Below are positions 53,705 to 64,000 of a DNA stretch of 64,000 nt, piece by piece. Below the pieces are notes generated by a model, which had not been told where the DNA came from, made no database searches, and was given only the letters and a program-made list of their open reading frames with translations. The first letter of the stretch is position 1; each line of letters begins with the position of its first letter. This stretch comes from Escherichia coli (lineage in GTDB: Bacteria > Pseudomonadota > Gammaproteobacteria > Enterobacterales > Enterobacteriaceae), in the NCBI RefSeq assembly GCF_046105845.1, contig NZ_CP151004.1, one strand, 5' to 3'. A program made the position numbers and the translations under genes.

Positions 53705-54514
53705 ATGGAAAAGAAAATCGGTTTTATTGGCTGCGGCAATATGGGAAAAGCCATTCTCGGCGGTCTGATTGCCAGCGGTCAGGTGCTTCCAGGGCAAATC
53801 TGGGTATATACCCCCTCCCCGGATAAAGTCGCCGCCCTGCATGACCAGTTCGGCATCAACGCCGCAGAATCGGCGCAAGAAGTGGCGCAAATCGCCGACA
53901 TCATTTTTGCCGCCGTTAAACCTGGCAGCATGATTAAAGTGCTTAGCGAAATCACCTCCAGCCTGAATAAAGACTCTCTGGTCGTTTCTATTGCAGCAGG
54001 CGTCACGCTCGACCAGCTTGCCCGCGCGCTGGGCCATGACCGGAAAATTATCCGCGCCATGCCGAACACTCCCGCGCTGGTTAATGCCGGGATGACCTCC
54101 GTAACGCCAAACGCGCTGGTAACCCCAGAAGATACCGCTGATGTGCTGAATATTTTCCGCTGCTTTGGCGAAGCGGAAGTAATTGCCGAGCCGATGATCC
54201 ACCCGGTGGTCGGTGTGAGCGGTTCTTCGCCAGCCTACGTCTTTATGTTTATCGAAGCGATGGCCGACGCTGCCGTGCTGGGCGGGATGCCACGCGCCCA
54301 GGCGTATAAATTTGCCGCTCAGGCGGTAATGGGTTCCGCAAAAATGGTGCTGGAAACGGGAGAACATCCGGGGGCACTGAAAGATATGGTCTGCTCACCG
54401 GGAGGCACCACCATTGAGGCGGTACGCGTACTGGAAGAGAAAGGCTTCCGTGCCGCAGTGATCGAAGCGATGACGAAGTGTATGGAAAAATCAGAAAAAC
54501 TCAGTAAATCCTGA
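53705..54514 (+). CDS. proC: pyrroline-5-carboxylate reductase (269 aa)
   Basis: ORF-track entry 53597..54514 trimmed to [21 protein letters not shown] (Rossmann motif). Confidence 0.95.
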   Translation: MEKKIGFIGCGNMGKAILGGLIASGQVLPGQIWVYTPSPDKVAALHDQFGINAAESAQEVAQIADIIFAAVKPGSMIKVLSEITSSLNKDSLVVSIAAGVTLDQLARALGHDRKIIRAMPNTPALVNAGMTSVTPNALVTPEDTADVLNIFRCFGEAEVIAEPMIHPVVGVSGSSPAYVFMFIEAMADAAVLGGMPRAQAYKFAAQAVMGSAKMVLETGEHPGALKDMVCSPGGTTIEAVRVLEEKGFRAAVIEAMTKCMEKSEKLSKS

Positions 54515-54530
54515 TGACTTTTGCCGGACG

Positions 54531-55646
54531 TCAGGCCGCCACTTCGGTGCGGTTACGTCCGGCTTTCTTTGCTTTGTAAAGCGCCAAATCTGCCGATTTC
54601 AACCACTCACGATAGTGACTCATTTGTGGGTTCAGCGGCGCAACCCCCACACTAATCCGTAATGTTACCTGTGGCGTATTCGGCAGACGTAATGTATTTA
54701 GCCCTTCATGCACTCGTAACATGGCGGTAATGGCGCTCTCAGCTGGCGTACCGGACATGATTACCGCAAACTCATCGCCGCCAAACCGACCAATCACATC
54801 GCTACCGCGCAGGGTTATTTGTAACTGTCGGGTAAGCGCCACAATCGCTTCATCGCCCACATCATGGCCCCAGGTATCGTTGATGCTCTTGAAATGGTCG
54901 ATATCGATAATCAGTAATGTCGCATCGCGGTTATGCCGCCGACAGTTATCAAATTCATTGCGTAACATAGTTTCCCAATGACGTCGGTTATACACGCCCG
55001 TCATACCGTCGCGGGTACTCATGACCTGCAACCTGCGTTTATGTTCCGCCAGTTTAGTCGCCGTCTGGTAGCTGACCCAGCCAAACAGCAGAGGATAAAT
55101 GACGATAATGGGAAGGGAGAGCCACCATTCCAGCGGCGCACTATTGAACGACACGGTGATGCCCGTCAGTTCGAGGGTGACAAGGCAGGAAACCACCATC
55201 AACACCAGACCCGCGACAAACAGACGGGGGCCGCCTGCCCCCATCAAATTCAGACACATAATCATCAACATCGCGGTGGAAGGCAGCACGTTTACGCCCA
55301 TTACGCCTACCCACATTCCCGCTAATACTGCATCGGTTTTTAAGTTGTAAATTTCCCGGCTAAGCGGATCGACGGCCCTGCTCGCTATCTGCCAGGCTAA
55401 ATGCGGCCAGACGAACGCCCAGCCAACCAACACCAGCCACCACCAGCCCGGCGGCGGGTGCGAAACCAGCGTTGAAGCAATCGGTAAGAACATGCCAGCC
55501 AGGCCAACCGCGCGGGGTAGTCTGACGCGACGGGCGAAGCGCAGCCCGGATCGCTGATGTTCGTTTTGAGGAGTTAAAGGAGGTTCCTCCCCATGCGCCG
55601 CCGCTTTTTTGAAAAAATTTTCATCATTCATTATTTTTGGGAACAT
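54531..55646 (-). CDS. dgcC: diguanylate cyclase (AdrA/YaiC type, MASE2 + GGDEF)
   Basis: 371 aa; GGDEF motif (RFGGDEFAVI) after N-terminal membrane domain. Confidence 0.9.
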   Translation of the reverse strand: MFPKIMNDENFFKKAAAHGEEPPLTPQNEHQRSGLRFARRVRLPRAVGLAGMFLPIASTLVSHPPPGWWWLVLVGWAFVWPHLAWQIASRAVDPLSREIYNLKTDAVLAGMWVGVMGVNVLPSTAMLMIMCLNLMGAGGPRLFVAGLVLMVVSCLVTLELTGITVSFNSAPLEWWLSLPIIVIYPLLFGWVSYQTATKLAEHKRRLQVMSTRDGMTGVYNRRHWETMLRNEFDNCRRHNRDATLLIIDIDHFKSINDTWGHDVGDEAIVALTRQLQITLRGSDVIGRFGGDEFAVIMSGTPAESAITAMLRVHEGLNTLRLPNTPQVTLRISVGVAPLNPQMSHYREWLKSADLALYKAKKAGRNRTEVAA

Positions 55647-55747
55647 TCAGAAACAATTTTCCCAAATTATAGAGACGGGGCTAAAGGCAGAAGTATGAAA
55701 TTTCGGGTGAGCCATTTTCGTAGCTCACCCGTTAGCACTATCAGGTA

Positions 55748-56068
55748 TCAGGCGGCTTTCTTGAGGCAGGCGCTCATAAACTTATTACGATCATCACCTT
55801 TCAGAGATTGTTGCGTTGCTTGATTATTACATTCGCGCATCTTTTGCTGCTGTGGCGTCAAACTTTTTTCACCAGGCGCAGACTTGCTGTTCTTCAGGCA
55901 ATCACTCATGTAGGTCTTACGAGCATCCCCTTTCAACGCCTGCGCCGTCGCCTGCTGATTACAGGAGGTCATACGCTGTTGTTGCGGGGTTAAGGTTCTC
56001 TCGGCAGCGCCGACGGTGGTTAAAAAAACCAGACCGAAAAGCAAGGTAACCAGTAATGTTATTTTCAT
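55748..56068 (-). CDS. psiF: phosphate starvation-inducible protein PsiF (106 aa)
   Basis: ORF-track entry 55748..56086 trimmed to MKITLLVTLLFGLVFLTTVGAA; two internal TPQQQ repeats. Confidence 0.85.
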   Translation of the reverse strand: MKITLLVTLLFGLVFLTTVGAAERTLTPQQQRMTSCNQQATAQALKGDARKTYMSDCLKNSKSAPGEKSLTPQQQKMRECNNQATQQSLKGDDRNKFMSACLKKAA

Positions 56069-56159
56069 AGCACCATCCCTCTTCATGTTTTAACCATGAG
56101 CGTGTGCGCCCGTGATCTGCCATTAAGTCTGGTTGCTAACAGCAAAAAAACCACCCGAC

Positions 56160-56185
56160 AGCGAAAATTCACCGCCGGGCGCGGT
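56160..56185 (-). terminator. putative partial terminator between phoA and psiF
   Basis: ACCGC-cgggc-GCGGT hairpin with T-rich flanks on both strands immediately 3' of the phoA stop. Confidence 0.4.
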
Positions 56186-56186
56186 T

Positions 56187-57602
56187 TTATTTCAGCCCCA
56201 GAGCGGCTTTCATGGTGTAGAAGAGATCGGTCTGGTCGGTCAGTCCAACGACATTGGCAGCATGTGGGCCATACGCTGCAATACGCAACTGACTGCCGGT
56301 ATGTTCTTGTGAATCCTCTTCGGAGTTCCCGTAACTCATCACCATCACTGCGCCATCTTTTGTATTTAGCGCCTGGGTGAGGCCCGGCGCTTTGGTGTCC
56401 GGCGCGACAATCTGGCTGGCGTGGGCGTGATCAGCGGTGACTATGACCAGCGTGTTGCCATCCTTTTTAGCGAATTCCAACGCCCGTTGTACGGCTTCGT
56501 CGAGATCGACCGTCTCGCCAATTTGCCCACAAGGATTCGCAGCGTGATCCTGTTTATCGATTGATGCACCTTCAACTTGCAGGAAAAAGCCTTTCTCATT
56601 TTTACTCAACAATTCAATGGCTTTGTCGGTCATCTGCGCCAGGGTCGGTACGCTGTCATTACGTTGCGGATTAGGCGTACAGGTAACTGCGGGCTTGTCG
56701 ATATTGCCGTGGTACGTTGCTTTCGGTCCTAGCCAGCGCACTGGCATATTGCCGTCAGCAAACAGTCCTAGCAGGGGTTTTTGCTGGTTCGCTTCCGTCA
56801 CCGCATTTAGCGAGGCAGCATCACTCACCAACTGATAACCACGCGCCTGTGCCTGTTCACGCAGCGTTTTTCCCTGCCATTCACCGGCGGTTGCCGTTTC
56901 AGCAAAGGTTTTTGCGCCGCCGCCAAGCGTAACATCGGCACGAGCGTTAAGCAGCTGTTCGGTAATCGATCCTTTCCCGCCTTTTTCTAGCGTGTTACCC
57001 GTACATTTTTCACTGGTCACGCTCGGACCGTAGCATTTGCGCGAGGTCACATGCGACACCAGCGCAGCGGGCGTAGCATCCTGCAACTCTGCGGTAGAAA
57101 CGTTACCGGTCGCCAGACCTGCGGCTTTTGCCATTTCCAGAATCGTTGGGTGATCTTTTTCGTGAATATCGACGCCCAGCGCGCCGTTATAGGTTTTGAC
57201 ACCAGTTGACCAAGCGGTTGCTGATGCAGCCGAGTCGGTGACGTAGTCCGGTTTGCCGGTTTTTTTATTCAGCGCATAGTGAGTGTATTGCCCGGTAAGC
57301 GGTAATGCATCGATACCTTTAAAAAAGCCGCCCGCACCTTCGGCATAATTGCGTGCAGCAGTAATTTCCGAGTCCCCCATCCCATCGCCAATCAACAAAA
57401 TAATATTTTTGGCAGGTTTATCGCTAAGAGAATCACGCAGAGCAGCGGTCTGATCCCCCGTTAAGCGGCGAGCACCGCCGGGTGCAGTAATATCGCCCTG
57501 AGCAGCCCGGTTTTCCAGAACAGGCATTTCTGGTGTCCGGGCTTTTGTCACAGGGGTAAACAGTAACGGTAAGAGTGCCAGTGCAATAGTGCTTTGTTTC
57601 AC
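56187..57602 (-). CDS. phoA: alkaline phosphatase precursor (471 aa, GTG start)
   Basis: ORF-track entry 56187..57644 trimmed to (V)[20 protein letters not shown] signal peptide; active-site [12 protein letters not shown]. Confidence 0.95.
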   Translation of the reverse strand: MKQSTIALALLPLLFTPVTKARTPEMPVLENRAAQGDITAPGGARRLTGDQTAALRDSLSDKPAKNIILLIGDGMGDSEITAARNYAEGAGGFFKGIDALPLTGQYTHYALNKKTGKPDYVTDSAASATAWSTGVKTYNGALGVDIHEKDHPTILEMAKAAGLATGNVSTAELQDATPAALVSHVTSRKCYGPSVTSEKCTGNTLEKGGKGSITEQLLNARADVTLGGGAKTFAETATAGEWQGKTLREQAQARGYQLVSDAASLNAVTEANQQKPLLGLFADGNMPVRWLGPKATYHGNIDKPAVTCTPNPQRNDSVPTLAQMTDKAIELLSKNEKGFFLQVEGASIDKQDHAANPCGQIGETVDLDEAVQRALEFAKKDGNTLVIVTADHAHASQIVAPDTKAPGLTQALNTKDGAVMVMSYGNSEEDSQEHTGSQLRIAAYGPHAANVVGLTDQTDLFYTMKAALGLK

Positions 57603-57662
57603 TTTATTTTCTCCATGTACAAATACATTAAAAAATAAAAACAAAGCGACTATAAGTCTCGG

Positions 57663-57682
57663 CCGTGACAGCTTTATGACAG
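57663..57682 (-). promoter_or_regulatory. Pho box of the phoA promoter
   Basis: Minus strand reads CTGTCATAAAGCTGTCACGG, two CTGTCA-type direct repeats about 60-80 nt upstream of the phoA start. Confidence 0.8.
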
Positions 57683-57702
57683 CTGTTGAAAAGATTAACT
57701 TT

Positions 57703-57963
57703 TTACTGACGAGGATGCTTCAATAACTTCTTTACATAATTGCGCAGCAGCTCCGTATCGTCGTCAGGAATGCTGGCATCGGGCTTTACCTCGTACAGCG
57801 CCCCCTCTACCTGATCAATCAACCTCTGTTGGTCATTTTGCGCCATATTGCGAAGCATTGCAGTGACGATAATCTCCAAAGCTTCTACCTGCGCGCACAG
57901 TTCTTTCGACTCTTCTTCTTTTTGGGCAAGCTTAAATAACAACTCAGCAATGAGATTTTTCAT
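57703..57963 (-). CDS. iraP: anti-adaptor protein IraP
   Basis: 86 aa; [30 protein letters not shown] recognised. Confidence 0.9.
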   Translation of the reverse strand: MKNLIAELLFKLAQKEEESKELCAQVEALEIIVTAMLRNMAQNDQQRLIDQVEGALYEVKPDASIPDDDTELLRNYVKKLLKHPRQ

Positions 57964-58424
57964 GTCTGTATTTCCTTATCCAAAGTATGGAGAAGTTAAC
58001 ATTATGTTTCACAACTTCATAGTGTCTGGAAGTATTATTTTTATGACAAAGGAAATACTTTGCGCAAATATTTTTTGTTTGATTACCAGCGAAACGTTTC
58101 TCTTATTTAAATAATTACCCTCACAAAATATAGGCTTTTAATTATCAACCTTTATTATAAATAAAAGTTATGAAATATATTCTCTTCGTTAACTTATAAT
58201 TAAGAGAAAAAACTCACTGCATGGCCATTTAAGCCAGGAATAAATTAGCTTCCCGTTCATCATTTTTGTGATCTTGCGCACATCATTGAGATAACGCACT
58301 TTCTTCACCAGTACGTTGCACGCTTTGTCAGCAGAAGATTGCAACATTCTGTCAGAAGGCCGCGAATCCCCCGTTTTGTCGTGGTAATGTATGCACTTTG
58401 TGTTAGACGGGATAGGTTTTTAAG

Positions 58425-59519
58425 ATGGAAAAACTGCGGGTAGGAATCGTTTTTGGTGGTAAATCAGCGGAACATGAAGTGTCTCTGCAATCGGCAAAAA
58501 ACATTGTCGATGCCATTGATAAAAGTCGCTTCGACGTTGTGCTGCTGGGCATTGATAAACAAGGGCAATGGCACGTCAGCGATGCCAGCAATTATCTGCT
58601 AAATGCAGACGATCCTGCCCATATTGCGTTGCGCCCTTCGGCGACCAGCCTTGCGCAGGTGCCTGGTAAACATGAACATCAGCTTATCGACGCGCAAAAC
58701 GGTCAGCCGTTGCCGACGGTGGATGTCATTTTCCCGATTGTCCACGGTACGCTGGGCGAAGATGGTTCCTTGCAGGGAATGCTGCGGGTCGCCAATTTAC
58801 CGTTTGTAGGTTCTGATGTTCTGGCTTCAGCGGCCTGTATGGATAAAGATGTCACCAAACGTCTGCTGCGCGATGCCGGGCTGAACATTGCGCCATTTAT
58901 TACCCTGACGCGCGCTAATCGTCACAACATCAGTTTTGCCGAAGTGGAGTCTAAACTGGGGTTACCGCTGTTTGTAAAACCAGCTAATCAGGGCTCTTCT
59001 GTTGGTGTCAGCAAAGTAACCAGTGAAGAACAGTACGCAATTGCCGTCGATCTGGCGTTCGAGTTCGACCATAAAGTGATCGTTGAGCAAGGGATCAAAG
59101 GTCGTGAGATCGAATGCGCAGTTCTGGGCAACGACAATCCGCAAGCCAGCACCTGTGGCGAGATCGTACTAACCAGCGATTTTTATGCCTACGACACCAA
59201 GTACATTGACGAAGATGGCGCGAAAGTGGTAGTTCCGGCAGCCATTGCGCCAGAAATCAACGATAAGATCCGGGCGATTGCCGTTCAGGCTTATCAGACG
59301 TTGGGATGCGCAGGCATGGCGCGTGTAGACGTGTTTTTAACCCCAGAGAACGACGTGGTGATCAACGAGATCAACACACTGCCTGGCTTCACCAACATCA
59401 GTATGTATCCGAAGCTGTGGCAAGCCAGCGGTCTGGGTTACACCGACCTGATCACCCGTTTGATTGAGCTGGCGCTGGAGCGTCACGCTGCGGATAACGC
59501 ATTGAAAACCACAATGTAA
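58425..59519 (+). CDS. ddlA: D-alanine--D-alanine ligase A
   Basis: 364 aa; ATP-grasp; recognised sequence. Confidence 0.95.
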   Translation: MEKLRVGIVFGGKSAEHEVSLQSAKNIVDAIDKSRFDVVLLGIDKQGQWHVSDASNYLLNADDPAHIALRPSATSLAQVPGKHEHQLIDAQNGQPLPTVDVIFPIVHGTLGEDGSLQGMLRVANLPFVGSDVLASAACMDKDVTKRLLRDAGLNIAPFITLTRANRHNISFAEVESKLGLPLFVKPANQGSSVGVSKVTSEEQYAIAVDLAFEFDHKVIVEQGIKGREIECAVLGNDNPQASTCGEIVLTSDFYAYDTKYIDEDGAKVVVPAAIAPEINDKIRAIAVQAYQTLGCAGMARVDVFLTPENDVVINEINTLPGFTNISMYPKLWQASGLGYTDLITRLIELALERHAADNALKTTM

Positions 59520-59542
59520 TTTTTAAATGCCCGATAATATTC

Positions 59543-59755
59543 TTATTGGGCGTTTTCAGTTTCTTCATCGCGACGACGAATAATCAGCCCCGCCAGCCAG
59601 AAACTAATCACCCACGTCACCAGACCGACGGCATAGGTCTGCCAACCTTTTGCTTCAAATCCCAGTAAACCCACCACGCCATTAAGAATGAATATAAGGC
59701 CAATGGCGAACGCATAGTAGTGCCAGTCACGGCGGATTTTTACAGGCAAGTTCAT
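59543..59755 (-). CDS. yaiZ: small membrane protein YaiZ (70 aa)
   Basis: ORF-track entry 59543..59887 trimmed to MNLPVKIRRDWHYYAFAIGLIFILNG. Confidence 0.7.
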   Translation of the reverse strand: MNLPVKIRRDWHYYAFAIGLIFILNGVVGLLGFEAKGWQTYAVGLVTWVISFWLAGLIIRRRDEETENAQ

Positions 59756-60014
59756 GGCAGCTCCGTTAACGAAAAACAACATCCTTGCATATTCTGCAAC
59801 ATCCGTCTGTGCCGTAGACAACATTTCCGTAATTGTTAATAAATTTAACTTAAGGTTGTCATTTTGTGACTCACGACGAAGATTCACGCTTCGGGAATAT
59901 TCCCAACATCAATTTACCATGATTCTGATATTGACAATCTTAATGACCTGTCAGACTTGCCATAAGCCGCTGGTATCACACCAGAAGAGAAGCAGATGAC
60001 TTCCGGAGGTTTTT

Positions 60015-60323
60015 ATGGCTGATTTCACCCTGTCAAAATCGCTGTTTAGCGGAAAATATCGCAATGCCTCTTCAACGCCTGGCAATATTGCCTATGCGTT
60101 GTTTGTGCTGTTTTGCTTTTGGGCTGGGGCGCAATTGCTGAACCTGCTAGTGCATGCGCCCGGCGTCTATGAGCGTTTAATGCAGGTCCAGGAAACAGGT
60201 CGCCCACGGGTGGAAATTGGTTTAGGTGTCGGCACCATTTTCGGGCTGATCCCGTTTTTAGTTGGCTGCCTCATTTTTGCAGTAGTGGCGCTATGGCTGC
60301 ACTGGCGACATCGCCGCCAGTAA
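60015..60323 (+). CDS. yaiY: inner membrane protein YaiY
   Basis: 102 aa, two predicted TM helices; recognised sequence. Confidence 0.8.
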
Positions 60324-60380
60324 GATTTACTTGCCAGATAGGACCTAAAACGCTTTATCTGGCATGACATTCCTGTTTGA

Positions 60381-61475
60381 TCACTGTTTCATACAACGCG
60401 CCCGCCGTTCGTCTACGCGCTTCGCAAACCAGGCCGTAGTCAGGTTGCGGGTGATTTTCGGGCTTTCCAGTTGAATGCCAGGCAACATTTCGCGGGGTAG
60501 TGATTTACCCGTTTTCGCTTCGGCAAGTTGATAAACTTTCTTGTACAGCGCCGTCTCCTCAAAAGAGAAGCTGTCCCCTTTCTCTAACTGGCGGCGAATT
60601 TCACTGTCGCTCATCCCCAGTTTTCCCGCCAGTTTGCGCGTTGCCAGTTCGGTTTTCCCGGGCTCTTTACTGTCGTAACGAATTAAATCACCGTCCAGTG
60701 CCAGCTTCACGCCGCTGGCCTTACTGACCGCGTTCTGAAACGCGGCATTACGGCTGGCGTACCAGCCAGCGTTAAAATCAGCAAAACGGTATATCGGCGC
60801 GCTATAGCTGGCGGGATAATTCAGTAAATGGTAAGTACCAAACCACAACCCGCCGCGACGACTGAAGACTTCCTGACGGACTGTACCGTCCATTTTCCAC
60901 GGATATCCTTTGGTATGCTGTTCGGCAAAAGCAATGCTGACCTGCATCGGCCCACCGGTGCGCACCGGATTAAGCGAACCAAACAACGTCTGCCCCATTG
61001 GCACCATGCTGATCAGATCGTCAAAAATCGCGCTCAATTGCTTTTCTGTACGCACCGAATCTAACCGTTCGCTATAGCTTTTGCCGTTTGGCGATTTGAT
61101 TTTTAGCGCGGTATGCACCAGAAAAGCAGGAATGTGCATCCGTTCAGCACGACGGTCAATCTCTTGCCAGGCGATCTTGCTTAAGCCCGGAACGGCCGGA
61201 TCTGCCTGATAATTTGACTCCTGCTGCGCCACCGCCAGCACCGAGCAGACGTTTTCCAGCGTCGGTGCCAGCCCCTGACTTTCAAACGTGGTGGCGAGAT
61301 CTTTCGCCCAGGCATCGCGGTCTTTCACGCTCGCAGGCATCTTCTGCCGCACGACGCTCGCCACATCTATCGCTTTTTCGCCCTTTTTCAACGGTTGCGG
61401 AGCCTGATTACTACACCCCGCTAAAACCAGAACCGCCAACAATGACAGCGAAGATAGATGATTGACGCGCGACAT
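60381..61475 (-). CDS. yaiW: lipoprotein YaiW
   Basis: 364 aa; lipobox LAGC at N-terminus. Confidence 0.85.
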   Translation of the reverse strand: MSRVNHLSSLSLLAVLVLAGCSNQAPQPLKKGEKAIDVASVVRQKMPASVKDRDAWAKDLATTFESQGLAPTLENVCSVLAVAQQESNYQADPAVPGLSKIAWQEIDRRAERMHIPAFLVHTALKIKSPNGKSYSERLDSVRTEKQLSAIFDDLISMVPMGQTLFGSLNPVRTGGPMQVSIAFAEQHTKGYPWKMDGTVRQEVFSRRGGLWFGTYHLLNYPASYSAPIYRFADFNAGWYASRNAAFQNAVSKASGVKLALDGDLIRYDSKEPGKTELATRKLAGKLGMSDSEIRRQLEKGDSFSFEETALYKKVYQLAEAKTGKSLPREMLPGIQLESPKITRNLTTAWFAKRVDERRARCMKQ

Positions 61476-61487
61476 TACTTCTCCTTT

Positions 61488-62708
61488 TTAGCTCAAGGTA
61501 TGGGTTACTTCCTGAATTTTGTCACCATCCAGCTCATGTTCAAAGCTGCGCAGACGTTTGTAGATAGACATCAACTCAACCAGTGTGGTCCATGAGTTAA
61601 TCAGGTACTGGAAAGCTCCGCGAACCTGACCAAAAACGTTGGTAATCTGCGTCATCAGGCCGAGCGTAATCGTACCGGCAACAATTGACGGAAACAGCAA
61701 GAACAAACCGAAAACGTTATCGACCTGCAAATAGAGAATGCGGGCGATGTTGAAATACATATAGTGAAAATAGAGGCGGAAATAGTTTTTCCGTACGGCG
61801 CTAAACAGCTCGCGTACCGTAGGCGGCGTCGCGCGCGTGGCATCGTCTTCACCATAAACCAGCTCTTTACGGTAGGCAGCCTCTACACGCTGGTTTTTAA
61901 ACTCCAGCCCCGGCAGTTTGATCCCTACCACTGCCAGTAATCCGGTCCCCATCAGCGACCAGACGATAGCGGCAATCACCAGACCATACGGAATGTGCCC
62001 GACAATCGGCAGCTCCGGCACATGCGCGGAGAGCGTTACCAGCACCGGCAGGAAGGCGATCAACGTCATGATAGCGTTGATAAAGCTGACGCCCATATTC
62101 TCCAGCGTTGAAGCAAAACGCATGGTGTCTTCCTGCACACGTTGGGCGGCACCTTCGATATGACGCAGTTGTTGCCAGTTCGCCATGTAATATTCGTTCA
62201 TCGCTGTACGCCAGCGGAACACGTAGTGACTGACAAAGAAGTTGTTCAGCACACTGATCACTACCGCGATCAGCGCAATCCCCAGAAAGACGCCCACTTC
62301 GCGGTAAAATTGTTCGATGGTGACTTTATGCGGCGAACTTAGCGCGGTTTGAATCAGATCATAGAACGGCGCATACCAGGCGTTGACGGCGACCCCGACT
62401 TCCACCAAAAACCAGGTGACGAAGATGATCAGTGCAGTACCGAGTATTGACCAGTATTGCCAACGATGCGGGCTGTAGATAAACCAGAACAATGCAAAAA
62501 GTCCTACGCAAACAATGTAGTAAGCGTAAAAAATCAGGAAATCCAACGACCAGAAACGTGCAGCGCTAATCGGGATCTGCCCGGAAGCTCCGGTGATACG
62601 CGCCACCCAGTCACCCCCACCTGCTTGCCAGAAGATAACGGCAATCAATGCCCAAACGAAGGCCGAGAGAAAAAACGTTCCCGGCTTTGGGAAAAAAGAC
62701 TTAAACAT
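61488..62708 (-). CDS. sbmA: peptide antibiotic transporter SbmA (406 aa)
   Basis: ORF-track entry 61488..62714 trimmed to [27 protein letters not shown]. Confidence 0.9.
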   Translation of the reverse strand: MFKSFFPKPGTFFLSAFVWALIAVIFWQAGGGDWVARITGASGQIPISAARFWSLDFLIFYAYYIVCVGLFALFWFIYSPHRWQYWSILGTALIIFVTWFLVEVGVAVNAWYAPFYDLIQTALSSPHKVTIEQFYREVGVFLGIALIAVVISVLNNFFVSHYVFRWRTAMNEYYMANWQQLRHIEGAAQRVQEDTMRFASTLENMGVSFINAIMTLIAFLPVLVTLSAHVPELPIVGHIPYGLVIAAIVWSLMGTGLLAVVGIKLPGLEFKNQRVEAAYRKELVYGEDDATRATPPTVRELFSAVRKNYFRLYFHYMYFNIARILYLQVDNVFGLFLLFPSIVAGTITLGLMTQITNVFGQVRGAFQYLINSWTTLVELMSIYKRLRSFEHELDGDKIQEVTHTLS

Positions 62709-63059
62709 ATGCACTCCTGCTAACTTCTTATCGTTTTAACAACTGCTGTGTATTAACCGCATGACCGCTACAAAGCGTCAGCCAAATGAAACCGCCCATT
62801 GTGACCCATAGCAAGGCGCTTAGTTCGCCAGCCTGACCATAAGAATTGTTTCGACGGATTTCACAAACCAAAGATTGTTTACATAAGCGGATTAACACGC
62901 GCAGGATCACAAATGCAGGCATTAGTGAGCAGGAAAAAGATCGTGTTTACGCGCCGTTACGTTTTTAACACTATTATTGCACTAATTCGCCCTTTGCAAT
63001 CCATCAATGAGTAGTATAAATACGCTCAGTTACCTTCATTCAATCTATGGACACCACCG

Positions 63060-64000
63060 TTGAAACGTAGTCTGCTTTTTTCTGCCGTGCTGTGTGCGGC
63101 GTCATTGACCTCCGTCCATGCGGCGCAGCCTATCACTGAACCGGAGTTTGCCTCTGATATTGTCGATCGTTATGCCGATCATATTTTTTACGGCAGCGGT
63201 GCCACGGGGATGGCGCTGGTAGTTATCGACGGTAACCAGCGCGTCTTTCGTAGTTATGGCGAAACGCGACCTGGTAATAACGTTCGCCCGCAGCTGGACT
63301 CGGTCATACGTATTGCTTCCCTCACCAAGCTAATGACCAGTGAGATGCTGGTGAAATTGCTCGACCAGGGGACCGTGAAGTTAAACGATCCGCTAAGTAA
63401 ATATGCTCCGCCAGGCGCACGCGTACCGACTTACAATGGGACGCCCATTACGCTGGTGAATCTGGCAACCCATACCAGCGCCCTGCCCCGTGAACAGCCC
63501 GGTGGCGCGGCACATCGTCCGGTGTTTGTCTGGCCGACGCGCGAGCAACGCTGGAAATACCTTTCCACAGCCAAACTAAAAGCCGCGCCGGGCAGCCAGG
63601 CCGCGTACTCTAACCTTGCGTTCGACCTGCTGGCAGATGCACTGGCGAATGCGTCCGGCAAGCCTTATACCCAGTTGTTTGAAGAGCAGATTACCCGTCC
63701 ATTGGGGATGAAAGACACCACCTACACCCCCTCGCCGGATCAGTGCCGCCGTTTAATGGTTGCTGAGCGTGGTGCCAGTCCGTGCAATAACACGCTGGCG
63801 GCAATTGGCAGCGGCGGAGTCTATTCCACTCCTGGCGATATGATGCGCTGGATGCAGCAGTATTTGTCATCTGATTTTTATCAGCGCAGTAACCAGGCAG
63901 ATCGCATGCAGACGTTGATTTATCAGCGAGCGCAGTTTACAAAAGTGATTGGCATGGATGTCCCCGGCAAAGCGGATGCGCTTGGTTTAGGCTGGGTATA
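63060..64000 (+). CDS. ampH: penicillin-binding protein AmpH, N-terminal ~313 codons (3' end beyond window); probable TTG start
   Basis: Manual translation from 63060: LKRSLLFSAVLCAASLTSVHAAQPIT ... IASLTKLM (SxxK active-site motif); no in-frame ATG between the upstream stop at 63012-63014 and 63060; frame open to the window end. Confidence 0.85.
   Translation, partial: MKRSLLFSAVLCAASLTSVHAAQPITEPEFASDIVDRYADHIFYGSGATGMALVVIDGNQRVFRSYGETRPGNNVRPQLDSVIRIASLTKLMTSEMLVKLLDQGTVKLNDPLSKYAPPGARVPTYNGTPITLVNLATHTSALPREQPGGAAHRPVFVWPTREQRWKYLSTAKLKAAPGSQAAYSNLAFDLLADALANASGKPYTQLFEEQITRPLGMKDTTYTPSPDQCRRLMVAERGASPCNNTLAAIGSGGVYSTPGDMMRWMQQYLSSDFYQRSNQADRMQTLIYQRAQFTKVIGMDVPGKADALGLGWV

Overview
The window is a contiguous enterobacterial (Escherichia coli-type) core chromosome segment running ampH to tig, in reverse orientation relative to the usual K-12 map: ampH-sbmA-yaiW-yaiY-yaiZ-ddlA-iraP-phoA-psiF-dgcC-proC-yaiI-aroL-yaiA-aroM-ppnP-rdgC-mak-araJ-sbcCD-phoBR-brnQ-proY-malZ-acpH-queA-tgt-yajC-secDF-yajD-tsx-yajI-nrdR-ribD-ribH-nusB-thiL-pgpA-yajO-dxs-ispA-xseB-thiI-yajL-panE-yajQ-yajR-cyoEDCBA-ampG-yajG-bolA-tig. 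Genes were identified by recognising the translated ORFs (lengths and N-termini), not by any database search. Many ORF-track entries are over-extended at the 5' end and have been trimmed to the recognised starts; tig and ampH are truncated by the window edges. Against this conserved backbone, two AT-rich single-gene islets stand out, each inserted between the 3' ends of convergent core genes that I recall as directly adjacent in K-12. Islet 1 (yajO/pgpA, about 18.7-20.7 kb) encodes a 518-aa protein with an N-terminal WNKIRDFF motif (WEK(I/M)xxFF-type), a central pentapeptide-repeat block and a Lys-rich helical C-terminus, which makes it a candidate type III secretion effector of the SopD/PipB2/EspY kind. 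Islet 2 (acpH/malZ, about 33.5-35.1 kb) encodes a 378-aa protein of unknown function with a CLKICKSC cysteine cluster. No integrase, transposase, tRNA, rRNA or CRISPR array was seen. Other features include two ERIC-like repeats sitting immediately 5' of the yajO and acpH start codons, REP/BIME elements, Pho boxes at phoA and phoB, and several intrinsic terminators.
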